A DNA stretch of 20,000 bases from Catajapyx aquilonaris (taxonomy: Eukaryota), in the NCBI GenBank assembly GCA_000934665.2, contig KZ538585.1, forward strand, positions 48,947 through 68,946. The letters run 5' to 3'. Positions 19,995 to 20,000 of this stretch are shown piece by piece. The translations under genes and the position numbers were made by a program. Each line of letters begins with the position of its first letter. Position 1 is the first letter of the stretch. The notes beneath the pieces were generated by a model, which worked only from the letters and a program-made list of their open reading frames with translations, was not told the DNA's origin and searched no databases.

Positions 19995-20000
19995 CAATTT

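Larger units (their letters stand above)
19040..20000. repeat. Degenerate AT-rich array with AAATAAATAGCAGCACGAACAG / GCATTTTAGTGCA modules
   Basis: Module variants recur near 19080, 19155, 19250, 19490, 19680, 19800, 19930 (reverse) and 19965. Confidence 0.75.

Overview
Eukaryotic, almost certainly insect, genomic DNA that is nearly all non-coding. The only convincing coding sequence is a 111-bp + strand exon (17961-18071) with a good branch point, acceptor and GTAAGT donor. It encodes MTVQVVLCEAGGGRMSLFQDLKLKRRKVDSRCSSD(G), the N-terminal signature of the ecdysone-induced nuclear receptor HR4 (NR6A, GCNF orthologue). The preceding ~18 kb is therefore most likely Hr4 intron or upstream regulatory DNA, and the last ~1.9 kb is the next intron. 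The non-coding DNA contains many short inverted-repeat elements (MITE-like, some TA-flanked, one young and nested), a dispersed AT-rich modular repeat in both orientations, and a zig-zag palindrome. It also carries candidate nuclear-receptor sites (IR1/EcRE-like, a perfect DR1 fused to a RORE, DR0/DR5, recurrent GTCAAGG) and CACGTG E-boxes. The other ORFs in the track look spurious, apart from a speculative decayed THAP-like relic. No prokaryotic system or CRISPR array is present. All motif calls were made by eye.
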